Below, piece by piece: positions 12,701 through 26,227 of a stretch of 64,000 nucleotides of DNA. Under the pieces are notes generated by a model. That model was not told where the DNA came from, did no database searches, and saw only the letters and a list, made by a program, of their open reading frames with translations. The stretch covers positions 11,160,001 to 11,224,000 of the forward strand of contig CM022678.1 of the NCBI GenBank assembly GCA_012295275.1, written 5' to 3'. Position numbers and translations under genes: made by a program. This DNA is from Chrysomallon squamiferum (lineage: Eukaryota > Animalia > Mollusca). Positions within the stretch are counted from its first letter, which is position 1; each line of letters starts with the position of its first letter.

Positions 12701-13942
12701 TAGTCTTTCAAACCGATCTCATAAAATGTTGGAATATTTTGATGTTTGTTTTTAAACTTGATCAGTAGTGATGTATGTATATATATATATATATATGTAT
12801 CTTCAGAGTTCAATTTTAGTTCCTCATTAACTAATTAATGGTGTTTGCTAGTTTTAGTGACTTTTTTCCAGTGACATTAACAAATAACAAATATTTCTTT
12901 TAGTGTGATGCATCTTGACCTGCAGTCTTTAATCCAGTTTTTATTTTTTCATGTATTAGCAGCATCTTCTTGACTATTTGTCCATATAATACAGGTGTTC
13001 TTATTATGCAGGATTGTTTTGTTTGTTTGTTTTAACATGATTTATTGTAAACAAGTTAAAAGTTTATCTGAATATTTTTTTCTTTTTTTTCTGTCTTTCC
13101 ATACTTCACATTACATCAAAAATATGTAAATAGCAGTGACATTTAAAACAAGTATATATATATATGTATAAAATCAGTCATCTGACATCATTAATTTCAT
13201 TATTATTATTTAATTTATTTTATATTTACTTTATTTTTTATTATTTCCTTTTTTTTTAATTTATTTTTTTTAAATTCTGCATGTCTTCGTTTTTCTCTTT
13301 TGTACATACATACATACATACATACTTACATACATATATACTTACATACAAACATACCTTACATACAAACTTACATACAAACATACTTTTCAGCAGTAAT
13401 TAATTTTGCCACTGATATTAAAAATAATACTAGAAAGATCTGCATGATTTTGACACGGTTTTGATTATCATGTCAGATGCACATTTGATCAGTATTATAT
13501 TGTTTTCACTTAATTTTTATTTGATATTTAATATTTTTAAGTAATTGAAATTAGTAATATATTTATATAATTTAAATAATTTTAACAAATGTATAAAAAT
13601 ATTAATTAATTTTTCTGAACAACACACTGAAGTAGAGAATTTTCCGTTTGATTACAAAGATTGTTTTTTATTTACTTGAGATTAAACTAATCCTACAACA
13701 GATTAACATTTGTATAAATAAAGTCAAAAGATTTATTTGAAATGCATTTGTACATCTAGCCAGACACATTCACACATGAATTCTTATAAATATTTGTGTA
13801 TGTATGTCTGTGTATGTGTGTGTGTGTTTGTGATTATGTACGCACACATACAAACACACTCAGATACACTGACATACAATAAATAATAGATAATGTAATA
13901 ATAGCATCAATAATTGTAATAATAACGAACAAAATAATGAAT

Positions 13943-13974
<32 letters not shown>

Positions 13975-14053
13975 AATGATAACAGGATAATTATGATGAT
14001 GATGATGATGATGATAACGGAGACAATATACAGAGGTTCTGGTTTTCTTGCAG

Positions 14054-15694
14054 CACGGTCTGATAGACAAAGGGGTTGACGATATCCAGCTGTTTGACCT
14101 AATAGAAAAGATGCTAGATTACATGCCGGAACAGCGCATCACACTGTCGGAGGCCTTTAAACACCCCTTCTTTGCCCCCTTACACAGGGACTCCCCCAAG
14201 CGCCAGCTCTCCCCCATATCCTCTGACACCGTAGATAGTAGCACAACTAACAGCCTGAATGTAGATAAAACTACTACTACTACTACTACCACTACTACCA
14301 CCACTACTACTGACAATAAACCAAGCATGCCTGACACTGAGGTTGACGTAGTTGCTGAGCAGGCGGTGGTTAAGAGCGACGTTGAGACTGTCGCGTCAGC
14401 TTCGGGCTGCGTGACGGTGGCGTTTGCGAAAGAGCCGACGCCCATTTTCTCACCCCCGGGTTCAGACAGGCGTGGCAATAACGACAGGGAAGGGTCTCTA
14501 CGAACTCTAGCCACCCCTGCCCTGAGAAACGTAACAGTACCCACCCCTGAAATTAACACGCCCGAGAAAAAGAAAAGTTACAGTGGTTCGTCGGAGAAAA
14601 AGTTGTCTTCCGATTTAATAGACACGCTTACCTCTTCAGGGTCCTCCCCCCAAAATATCTCTCCCCAGGACTCGAAAAGAAGTGATGGTGCCCCGTCCTG
14701 CCCCGCCCCATCCACGGGTAAAGTCGAAAACACCACGCCCTTGTTTAGTGATTTAGAAGACAAGCGAATGCTGGCCGAGTTGGACCGATTGTTTCCCAAA
14801 TCCAGTTTGAAAAGCGATTCTAACGAAACGGAGTCGAAATCAAAAAGTGAAAAGACTGAACCAAAATTGATTATTTCCGATCCTGGGGTTCCGACGTTTT
14901 CAGTGCAGAGTCCCAGCGTCGATCATCTTGATGAAAAGTCTTCTGGCGAAGCTGGGTTAAAAGAATCGCTGCACACAGAGATGGGTCCTTCAATTCACTG
15001 TCCTGCGTACAGAGGACCCATCCAGCGACAGAAACCTGTGTCTGACGACACGAACACGCCAGACGCACAAAGCAAAGTTTCTTCTGAATCACTTTCTAAA
15101 ACAGCAGAGCCGAAAGTTACAGATTCTCAGTCTAAACAAATGGATCCCAGAATCAGTGATCCTGTCTTGCATTCTAAACAGGTGGATTCCAAAATGACTG
15201 ATTCGGTTTCTAAACAGCCAGATTCAGGGTCTAAAGATCCAGGCTCTGCTGGCGTTGATTCACATTCTAAACAGACAGACCGCGAGTCCGATTCCTCCGA
15301 GGAGTCGAGTTCTGATTCAGAGTATTACCCAGCTTCCGAGCACAGCGCGTACTTCCTGCTGAAAAGCCTGACCGACCCAGTGCATCCCATGATGCCGAGC
15401 GAGATGCCGAAGTCAGATCAGCTGCTGCTGCAGAAGCTGAACTCCCCGAGTCCGAACTCTCGCAGGAAATCCAACTCCCACCTGTCTGAACACTGCTCGG
15501 ACAGCCTGAAACGGGCGAAGGCTGAAAGTAAGAAAGCAGAACAGTCCTCGGGGTCACCTGACCAGTCATCCACGCAAAAGAAAGTGGATTCGGATTCGGT
15601 TAAAACGGATCCGTGGCAGTTTTTGATGGATTCTGACGTTGGCAGGCGAAACAGTGAGCAAGGTCAGAACCTAGCTGACAGTGGTCACAGGTGA
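14054..15694 (+). CDS. CLK2: CLK alternative terminal exon A: kinase subdomain XI plus ~500-aa S/D/P/K-rich disordered tail
   Basis: TTTTCTTGCAG| phase-0 acceptor; HGLIDKGVDDIQLFDLIEKMLDYMPEQRITLSEAFKHPFF, then open frame to TGA at 15692-15694 (546 aa); AATAAA at 16126-16131. Confidence 0.88.
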   Translation, partial: HGLIDKGVDDIQLFDLIEKMLDYMPEQRITLSEAFKHPFFAPLHRDSPKRQLSPISSDTVDSSTTNSLNVDKTTTTTTTTTTTTTTDNKPSMPDTEVDVVAEQAVVKSDVETVASASGCVTVAFAKEPTPIFSPPGSDRRGNNDREGSLRTLATPALRNVTVPTPEINTPEKKKSYSGSSEKKLSSDLIDTLTSSGSSPQNISPQDSKRSDGAPSCPAPSTGKVENTTPLFSDLEDKRMLAELDRLFPKSSLKSDSNETESKSKSEKTEPKLIISDPGVPTFSVQSPSVDHLDEKSSGEAGLKESLHTEMGPSIHCPAYRGPIQRQKPVSDDTNTPDAQSKVSSESLSKTAEPKVTDSQSKQMDPRISDPVLHSKQVDSKMTDSVSKQPDSGSKDPGSAGVDSHSKQTDRESDSSEESSSDSEYYPASEHSAYFLLKSLTDPVHPMMPSEMPKSDQLLLQKLNSPSPNSRRKSNSHLSEHCSDSLKRAKAESKKAEQSSGSPDQSSTQKKVDSDSVKTDPWQFLMDSDVGRRNSEQGQNLADSGHR

Positions 15695-16175
15695 TAGTCT
15701 GACACTGAGCTCCGCTTTCCTCTCGGAATTAGTCTCTTATTTTACACACAGAGTTGAAATCTTAGTAATCATGACATTAGATCATAGGCATATTCCGTTT
15801 TCTTTTAATGTTATTTCGTTTATTTTTTTTATTTTTTTATTTTTTTTAACCCCAAACGAATCAAGTCACATTTTTTTTTTGTATTCTCTCCTCTTTGTAC
15901 AGACTAATCCTGATTCTTCAGTTAGCATCAAACTGAAACCCCAAGATCTAGTTCCCAATGCAGGTTTGAATTGTTCAGTTTTGTTGTTATTTCCAAGAAA
16001 GACAAAACAAAGCTATAATGTTAATTTTACAGTTTGTACATATGTTGATTGGTTTACTGTACATATCAGATTAATATATTTAAAATGGATTGAACTGTTT
16101 AATGATTTCTGTGCTTGTTACTGAGAATAAATATAATAGCAATTTGAGATATATTTATACATAATATATAAATAT

Positions 16176-16208
<33 letters not shown>

Positions 16209-17522
16209 ACTGTTGATTAATCTGAAATTGTTTTGAATTATTGTTTCCATAAATTTCATTGTTAACACTAACCCATTACACTGTTTTCATATCTCATTGT
16301 GTATAATGCATTTTGACTGTTTGCATTTTCAACTTGTAAATCCATAACAGTGTAACAACATATTCTTTTTTAAATGAGGTTATTAATAGATAAGTGTCTG
16401 CTTGCAACACATCAAACTCGGTATTTCAAGAATGTATGCGTGGAAGATAGAAATATGTTTGTGTGGCTTTCTAAACTTGTCTGTTTTTGATAGTTCTGTT
16501 TGTTCAGAACTTACATTGGCCATCACACCTAAACTGTCCTATTTCCTCACAGAACTAAACTGTCCCATTTACTCACTTTGAGCACAGGCCTTAACTGTCC
16601 TATTTACTCAGTGTGAGCACAGGCCTTTGATTATTCTTTCATTCTTTTCTTTTTTTCAAAGTGATTTTCAGATGAAACAAAACTCACTGAAACCCTGCTA
16701 ACACATTTAATAGAGAATTAATATGATCTGAAAATGAACACAGTAATGGTGGTACAACTATTACTTCTACTACTACTACTACTACTACTACATTCAGCGG
16801 AAATTTATCAAGTTTGATCTATCATTCCCAGCGTTGTTGCTTTCCTGGTGTAAACTGGTTCCTTCTGATTCAGTTTCTTGCTAGCTGACTGATGAGGCAT
16901 TTTCAAAGGCATCAACTTGCAGTAAAAGTACTTTACAACCCACAATCCTACCAACCCCTAGACCAGTTGACCCTTCCAAGGTCAATGACCCTGAAACTGT
17001 ATAATATGGGACTTCAAAAACATCTGTTTTATTTATTTATTTATATTTTCAAAATTTATGATGTGCCCATGTCTAGAACCCCCAAAGCTGCTGTTTATTT
17101 CCGGGGGGGGGGGGGAAGTAAATAAAATAATTTTCAAAGAACTTGATGGTCCTTGCTAGTGAATGTCAGTTGACTGAGGAATTGTGGGTATTTCTGCGTT
17201 GTCTAGGCATGTTGTTCAAATCTGACCACTGAACTTTTTATTTTTCCTTTTTTCAGTAATTCTTTCTTTCTGTTAATATTTTCTTTATTTTAAAACCTTT
17301 TTTTTTTTTTTTTTTTTTTGTCTTTATTTTATTTATTTTTTCTTTGCCTTCGTTCATATTATTCCAATTGGTCCCTTTTGAATCTTCTGTATTGTATTTT
17401 TCAGTTTTCAGTTTATTTTCTGAAATTAAACAAAAAAAGAAGAAAAAAAAAAAATTAAAAAAAAAAAAATCTTTAATGTCAAAATCAACAACAAATATCT
17501 TTATTTTTATTGATATTATTTT

Positions 17523-17564
<42 letters not shown>

Positions 17565-19685
17565 CAATCTTATCTGTTGGGAATGCATTTGAACAAATCT
17601 CACTTAACAAATCTAATTAAAACAACTTACTGTGACTAAAAACCTTGTTACAAGCCAAAACCCACTGACATACCTAGAACCCAGCCAGCTCTGTAACCAT
17701 GGTAACCACACGCCTGTTAGTAGCCTGCCTTCAGTGTGTTGTGCTGTTTCATTGGCTGTTCATATAGTCAGGATATAGAAATGAACCAATCCAGTCATCC
17801 GACACAATCTTAGATGAATCATTTTTGTTTTTCATTTTGGCTTGCTTATATAACTTTTTTGTTTTTATTATTATTTTTTATTTATTTTTATTTATTTTTT
17901 GCTATTTGCTGATATTTTCAGCAGTGAGAGCTTTTGTATTAGGTCATGTTTATCAACTCTGAGGTCAGGTCAGAAAATATTTTTATAATTTATTTATTTA
18001 TTTATGTATTTATTACTTTTTATTTTTATTTTTTTCTATTTTTTTAAAATTTATTTAAATTAATTTTCACAAATTTTTCTTACATTATTTTTAATAATAA
18101 TAATAATAATAATAATAATATAATTTGTTTTTATTTAAGTCAAGAAATACTGTTAATTAAAATTTTGCACAAACCTTAATCAATTATTGTTTAATAGAAA
18201 ATAAATAACAAATGTAGGAATGTCAGTTTTTCTAAACAGACATTAATAGAAGAATTGTGTTGATTACTTTTTCTGGCCATTGTTATTTAATTATTTATTT
18301 ATTTATTTATCATCATTAATTTTTTTTTTTTTTTTTTTAGTTTATTTCATCTGTTGATTGTTGTTGATGACTGGAAATGTTAAAACTGATCTAGATTTAT
18401 TTTTGTTTCAGAACGCAGGTGCATTTCATGTGCTGTTGAAAAATGTTGTCTTAATTTCGTCTTTCTTTTCAGTTCTCTCTGTCAGTTTGTTCTTTTTAGC
18501 ATTTTGATGTTCTACTTCTCTTTTATTTTTCTTTCATTTACTTAATTATTTGTTTTATTTTATTTTATTCTTCATTAATCAGTCTTCAAGCACTTGTTGG
18601 TATTATGTCTTAGGCCAAGCTTGTTATTTGCATTTTTCATTTAAAAAAAAAATTAAATAAATTTAAATTTATGCAGTATCATTATGATTTATCATTTCCA
18701 ATTTATTTTAAGAAAGCTTTGCTTTTTTTTGCTTTTTTCTTTTGGTTTTTTTAGTTTATGCACGAGTAAATAAATTTTCTTTCTTTTTTTTTTTTTTTTT
18801 TTTTGCTTTTTTTTTGACATTCATACATTTTTTTAAATTTATTTTTACTATTATTATTATTATTATTTTTTTTTTATATATTATTTAGTTGTTGTTTTTT
18901 TATAGTTTCAAGATGATAACAAAATTAGGAAAAGCTTTCAGAAAAAAAAAATCATTGAACTGCTGATTTATTAATCATCATTAATAACAATTAAAATTAA
19001 TGATTTTTAAATCTCAAACTGCATAAATTTAATTTTTCTCTCTCTCTCTCTCTCTGTCATATATATGTGTTACTGCTTCCAGTTTGTGCTGCATGAGAAA
19101 AATATTGGTAGTTTTATACTGCCTCAGTGTTGTCATGTTCAAAAGAAAATTACTCAAAATGTAACAAGCCAATGATAGAACCCCCGACAGTTCAAAAGAA
19201 TTTTAAAATAAATCACTAGAAATCACAAACAAACCTCCGTACATTGCTTGAATTTTTACCTGAGGATAATTGGCCTCCATGAACAAGATAGTACATTCCA
19301 CAGTCTTTGGTGCCACTTTTGGAATGGGAAAATGTGTCTGCTATGTAATTTGGTATTTGGTATTTATTATGACACATGATTTTTTTTAAAGAGAGTTTTG
19401 TCAATTTTGGATAAAAAAAACCCACATTAAAAATGAAAATGAAAATAAAACTGATAATAATAATAATAATAATAGAAGTGAAGGAGAAGAAGTTTGCCTA
19501 ATTTGCAAATGTTTAGTCTTATTAATTACAATAATAATACTAACTTTCGTAATAAAATTCATCATTACTTGTTGCATTTTGAACGTACACGAAATGGACA
19601 GAAAAGAAAAAAAAAAGACTTAAAAGCATTTATAGTGTGTTAGCGTAGCCTGTTGACTAAAGTCCCACTAATACACGTCTTGCAG

Positions 19686-19895
19686 CGCTACCTAAAGGAA
19701 CCTGACAGTGAGGAACATCGTCAGCTCTTCGACATCATCACCAAGATGCTGGACTACGACCCCCACGAGCGCATCGCGCTGAAGCAGGCGCTGAGGCACC
19801 CGTTCTTCCGCCGCTTCTACGAGGAGGACCTCGTGCGCAGCTTCGACAACCCCAACACCAAGGACCGGTGTCGCTCGCAGAGTCTGAGCAGATGA
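19686..19895 (+). CDS. CLK2: CLK alternative terminal exon B: canonical short C-terminus
   Basis: TCTTGCAG| phase-0 acceptor; RYLKEPDSEEHRQLFDIITKMLDYDPHERIALKQALRHPFF...RSQSLSR*; GC-rich coding-like island in AT-rich surroundings. Confidence 0.93.
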   Translation, partial: RYLKEPDSEEHRQLFDIITKMLDYDPHERIALKQALRHPFFRRFYEEDLVRSFDNPNTKDRCRSQSLSR

Positions 19896-22800
19896 CTGCA
19901 GTCCCTGGGACACAAGTACTGAGTCACCTTGGTTGCAGTGTTTCATTTGTTTAGGGGGTTTTATGGGGGTTTTGTGTTGTTTTTTTTGTGGACTCTGCCA
20001 GTATTTTTATTTATTTTTTATTTTTTTTTAAATTGCAAAAATTAAAAAAAAAAAAATGAATTTTTTTTTTTTTTTTTTTTTTAAAGTTTTAAAATATTAA
20101 ATGATAAGAAACATTAATAACTTCTGCTGATGAAAACAGTCTCTGTACTTTAACATAGTATTATTATTATTATTATTATTATTAACTGTCACCTTTTTTT
20201 TTAATTATTATCTTTTTTTAAATATAGACAATTAAAAAGTCCAGAATGTTTATTTTAAAGTCTGTTTATTAATACAATTATTATTTTTTTTTTAAATGTT
20301 GCCAGATAGTATTGTATTTGTTGCCGTTGGCAACCTGATTAATAGGAGTACTTGTGTCTTTAGTGAATTTGTAGAAGAAAAAAAGATTTGATAGACAGAA
20401 AAGTTTTTTTTGTTTTTTTTTTTCATCCTTTGGATGTGCCATACAGTTACTTTGCTGGTCTGCAGTCACTGTTGGATGTTCCACGTGGTTTTATTTGGCT
20501 GGACTGTGGTCACCCACCGGTCAGTGCTGAGTTTGACCGTTTTCACTTCTTGTTAGTTACCTGTGTGGGAAAGTTCATTATGATAACGTTGTTGTTATTA
20601 TTATCATTATTATTTATAGAAAAGAAAAAGAAAAATAAACAGATGCATTGGAATTTCCCAAAGCTGAAAAGATGTTAAAAATAAAAAAAAAAAATTTGTG
20701 ATGAACATATCAAAAGTTGAGACGTTCGCTGTTTTGGGTTCGAATCTCTGATAAACTTTGAACTCCACCACCCTTGTTGTGAGACAGCAGAATCAAAAAA
20801 ACTTCCACTGTGGAATTGGTTGCCCCTGGCAACAGTGATTGAAAATGGGGTCATTGGGGTTCATTAGGAGCTGTGCTGTTTCACACTGTTCATTTATGTT
20901 TTTTCTTTTTTTTTTTGTTCATTTTTTTTTTCTCATTTTTTTTTTATCTTATTTTTTTATATTATTGCTGTGGGTTGCTGCTTTAAGTTCACATTAACAA
21001 GAGCGTGGATGAAGTCACTTGATCCTGGCACAAGCCAAATATCAGAGGTCTGTTCACGTTTTCTGTCTCCTGGTGAAATAAATCCTGCTTCTTTGCAGTT
21101 TATTTTGCTCAGTATAATCAGGATGTTACGATATTTGGCAAATTTTGGCTGGGTGTACAAATAAAAAAATAGTATAGCATTTCCAAAACTAAAAAAACTA
21201 AATTAAAAATAAAAATTCAGTGTCGACCAATTTATTTGGGAGAATGGAAAAAAAATACTAGTATAAAAATTTTAAATTTTTGGGAGTTAATTAAAAAAAG
21301 TAAATACATAGAATAAATGATTTTAGTTTACTTCGTCCAAGTATTTTTTGTTGAAGTGGAAAACTTTTTTTTTTTTTTTATAAAAACCAAAGAAGAAAGG
21401 AAAATTTTAAATGTTGGATTTTTCCATATCTGAAATCGTTAAATTTTGGTTATTTCTTTTGGAATTTGGAAAATGTGGATCTGGTTAAAACAAAACAAAG
21501 ATGAGGACAAATGAAACTGAAAAATCATTCTGCAGATGAAAATGTAGTTTGTTGAGTTGTTTTTCACTGCAGAAAAAGGAATTAGAAATGGTTGATTATT
21601 TAAAGATATTTAACAGGATTGTTATGAAGATTCGTCAAGTCTAACTAAACGAAGTTATAAACACTGGTTTTACCACAAAGAGTGCTAACATTTGTAGAAC
21701 TAATTTCTTATTAATATTCATCTCATAAAACTTTATCAGGAATGTTTCTGTTTTTAAAAATTAGGTCAAAAACAGTTGTTTAAACAATATTATCTTTTTT
21801 CCTTTAATAGTGAACATCAAGATTGCCGTTGAAGGCTATTATCATCTTTATATTTCTAAACAAGCACAATTATACTAAACTGTCTAGATTGAAAAATTAA
21901 TAATTTTCAAATTGTGGTTTTATTTGTTTTTTTTTAAATGTTTTGTGTTTGTTAGAACTGAAATTCAGTAATACGGTGCCAGTTTTCAACTCAGTATTTT
22001 CCATTATTTACTGACATAATTTTTCAAAATGTAAAATAAAGTATTTTTAGTTTTGTTGGATTTGAAGATGTGGGCATTAAAGATGATTTATTTTTGTTAC
22101 ACTGAATACTTCTGCAGTGCCATTAAAAACATGTAAAAAAAGAAATAGGATTTGTAATGAAGAAATAAAATAACAATATAAGTATGTTTGTTAAATAGTA
22201 TTTAGTTAAACTGCTGGATTAATGCTGATAATCCAGATTATCGTATTTGTACAGAATCTAAATACGTAAATTAATATTTTGTTGTGTGTTTTGTTTTATA
22301 ATTTTTCTTTCCTTCCTTCTTCTTTCTTTCTTTATTACAATTTATTATTATTAAATTTTTTTTTTTTTTTTTTTTTTTAAATAAATCTTGATAATATATT
22401 GTGTCCAAAAAATAATGTTTTTGCAGGCTTTTGATTAATTAAAATTAAGTGGAATTTTATCCTTCTCAAACAATTTTCAAAAGTGACCTCAAGAAGTTTT
22501 AAATCATCTTGAATAACATTAGAGTTGAAAAAAAATTTTATTAGCTAAACAAATGCTAATAATCCTGTCTAATTAACGGAAAATATCAGTTTAGTATTCA
22601 CTGCCCATTTTGCTAGTATTCTCAGATTTTTCATAACATTTTATGTATCCTGCCGTCATTTTTCATTCAGTTTTTTTAATCGCTAGCTACATTTATTTAT
22701 TATTATATTATTTATTATTACTGATTATGATAATTTCATTATTATAATTATAAATATAATTCTTCTGTCCATTTTCATCCTTTTATTTTTTTTTTAAAAG

Positions 22801-23972
22801 AAAAAGGCTTTTGTTTGTTAGAGTGAACAAAGTTGTGTACATAGAATTATCTGGAAAACGAAACTTTTATTTGTGTAACGTTTGATTTGTGCAATATCAT
22901 TTTGTCAGCAGCGCTCTTGAATCATTGTAGCAAAATGAAAAATAAAAATCTTGCTAAGCATGAAAATATTCTGTTCTGACTCTGTTGTTTTTTTTTTATC
23001 CGTGTGCTTTTTTCATGTTTGAAAGATTAAAAATAAATTTGAAAAAAAATTGTGACCATTTTCAGTAAAAGGTTAGTTACGTTATTGAGAAGCTATCATT
23101 ACATTTTCTTTTTTTTAATTGTTTTATTCTTTATTTTTACTTTTCATGATTTATTTATTTATTTATTTATTTTTTTTTTTTTTTTCATTCAGAATATCTG
23201 ATAAATATAAACAAAGTTAAAAAATAAAACTTTCTTTCATGGGAAAGGGTCACAATTTCCATTTTTACAATCTTGTTTATTAATGGCAAGTAATATTATT
23301 ATTATAAAGTGATTCAGGGGAAGAAAAAAAAGTTATTCTTTAGCAAATGTATCATTCTGTTGTATTTCTTTAATTTATTTTTTAATTTTTTTTTTTTGGT
23401 GTACACAAGATACATTAAACACAGAAATATTTACAAATATAACCAGTATGCATAATTATCTGGAACATGTTTGTGAAATGAATGTTGACAGAAAACTATA
23501 AAAATATTTATAGCTAAATTTAATTTAATTAATGCTTGAAGGTTTCACTTGCATGTTTGCTCTGATTATAAAAAAAGTCAGAATGCTACAGCTTTTCCCA
23601 TCGTTTTAAAGTTACAAACATTCTTCTGTGTTTTGTACTTTGTATGAAGATATTCCACCTGATCATTGTAGATGTTATTTATTACTAATGTGTTTCTATT
23701 AATAACCTGTTGAAAAGTTAACACTACGTTTTAGTCATCTAACTACAGCAGAACTATTTTCTGTCTGAGTGTGTGGGTGTGTGTGTATGTGAGATTACAG
23801 ATACAACTGGATTTGTCACTGAATTTCATTGTTATTTTATTATTATTATTATTATATGTTTTTTTTTTTTTTTTTTTTTAACAACCTTGCATGTGTGTGT
23901 ATATTACAAACAGCTTTTTTCTTGTTGCATCCAAAAATTTATAAGTTATTCAGTAATTAAACGTAAAATCCA

Positions 23973-24007
<35 letters not shown>

Positions 24008-24882
24008 GCAATAAGTTTAATATTAAAGAGTAAAGGTTTTTTTGTGTTTTTTTTTTCTCTGAGGATAATTTGTATTTAAGTTATCCAATTTTAAGAGTAT
24101 TCTCTTGTGTTTTTATTTATTTATTTACTTTATTATTATTATATATAGAGAAATATTTATTATTATTATTATTATTTTTTTTTTTTTTAGTATATTAATC
24201 CAGTTAGGATAACACAAAATGTTGTCTATTTATTTAATTTTCAAAAATTTCCATTAATTCCTTATTCAAATTAGGCTTAAACAAAAATATTTTAAATGTC
24301 AAAGTAGTAAAGGATGTATGTAAATTAACATGTTTGTTATTTTTAAGAGTTTTTTTTAATTTTTAATTTTTAATTTATTTATCACCCGAAGTGCATTCTG
24401 TTTAGTGTTTGAACAAATAATGTTAAAATAAATAAATAAAAAATTTACAAAAAAAACCCCAACTAAAACAGTCTTGTGTGACAAATATTTCTTTAAAAAT
24501 TAATGTTAATGAACCTGAAAGAAATTGTTGCAAAAATGTAGAAAATTATTATCATACTGAGATGTCTTTGTATTTAATCTGAAAACGTTGCTTGTTTTTC
24601 CCATTGTCACAGTTTGCTGGTGTGCACAATAACATTTAACTTTGACTCAGTTTGAAGACTGGTGAAAGAATCGACCTAGTCACTGTGAAATACTGTACAG
24701 CTGTATAAATAAAAATGTTTACAGAATTTATTTTGTTTTTGTTTATTTCACACACACACACAGACAGACGCACACACACACACACACAAGCACACTCACA
24801 CACACACACACACAGAAGCACAGAGAAATAAATAAGTACATATATACATACATATATATATATATACAAGCACACAGATACA

Positions 24883-24929
<47 letters not shown>

Positions 24930-25113
24930 GTACATATTATATACATAATTTCAAATATAAACATACGCATACAGGTATCCACTCACACCGTCTATTCCAG
25001 AGAGCTGGTTACAACTGGATGATGTCAGATGAAGATACTGTTAAATATAAAATAAATGAAGAAAAAATGTACTTCTTGCTGAGGTTCTGCTATTGCTGAA
25101 TAAACCTTGAGGA

Positions 25114-25150
<37 letters not shown>

Positions 25151-25348
25151 TTCTTCTGAATTTAAATAAAATTCGTTCATCAGTTTCAGAACAAATATAT
25201 GACTGCCTTATATATATCATATATGTGGAGCACAGGTTGGAATCAGAAAAAAGCATGAAGGATTAAGAAAAACACCCTTTTTATTCTGGTCTTTTGGAAC
25301 GTCAACAAAAGCAGAAGTACATCATACAGATTTTTTTTATTTTTTATT

Positions 25349-25400
<52 letters not shown>

Positions 25401-25420
25401 GTACTTTTTAACTCTGGGTA

Positions 25421-25533
<113 letters not shown>

Positions 25534-25915
25534 ATGTTTGCTACTGTTTAATTCCTGTCTTCATTATTTTTATTTCCTACTGTTCTAACGATGTACGATC
25601 ATATCACTTCACAACATCGAGTGAACTCCATTACTAACCTCGTGGAAGACAGGCATCTAAAACCAGATAATAACTTTACCAACAGCTGTTATTTACCTTT
25701 TATTCACACCTGGATATTTCCGTGGTGAGTAATATGACTCAAAATAGATGGACTCGCGCGGAACTTTAGAGTAGTATTAGTTGCGAAAACAAACGGAGAA
25801 AGAAAGCGGAAGACATATTTACGTTTGCTGCGGGATCGCTTAGTAGTCAGGGGTTACGATTTAACGAGATGGCGAGGAGACCCGAAGCACGTAGTTTGTT
25901 TTCTGCGTCTTGTAA

Positions 25916-26016
<101 letters not shown>

Positions 26017-26191
26017 GAACTAAGTATTCTTTTCATTACTTTGTATTGTGTCAATTTTAAAAAAAAAAAAAAAAACATTTTCGTTTTATTTACATATTCA
26101 AAATAAATCTCAAATTCTGTCCAAAACTCAAAAATGTTCATTTCGCTGAAAAAAAAAAAAAAAGGAAAAGAAAAAGAAATAATAATAATAA

Positions 26192-26227
<36 letters not shown>

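Noticed and set aside
14119-15569. Antisense ORFs over exon A, and overlapping or antisense ORFs over PRMT and ZDHHC
   Set aside because: They are shadows of GC-rich coding sequence with no recognisable motifs.
14048-15694. The 548-aa ORF as a standalone gene
   Set aside because: It has no ATG start (the track's TTG lies in the acceptor), and it begins in phase with kinase subdomain XI directly after a consensus acceptor.
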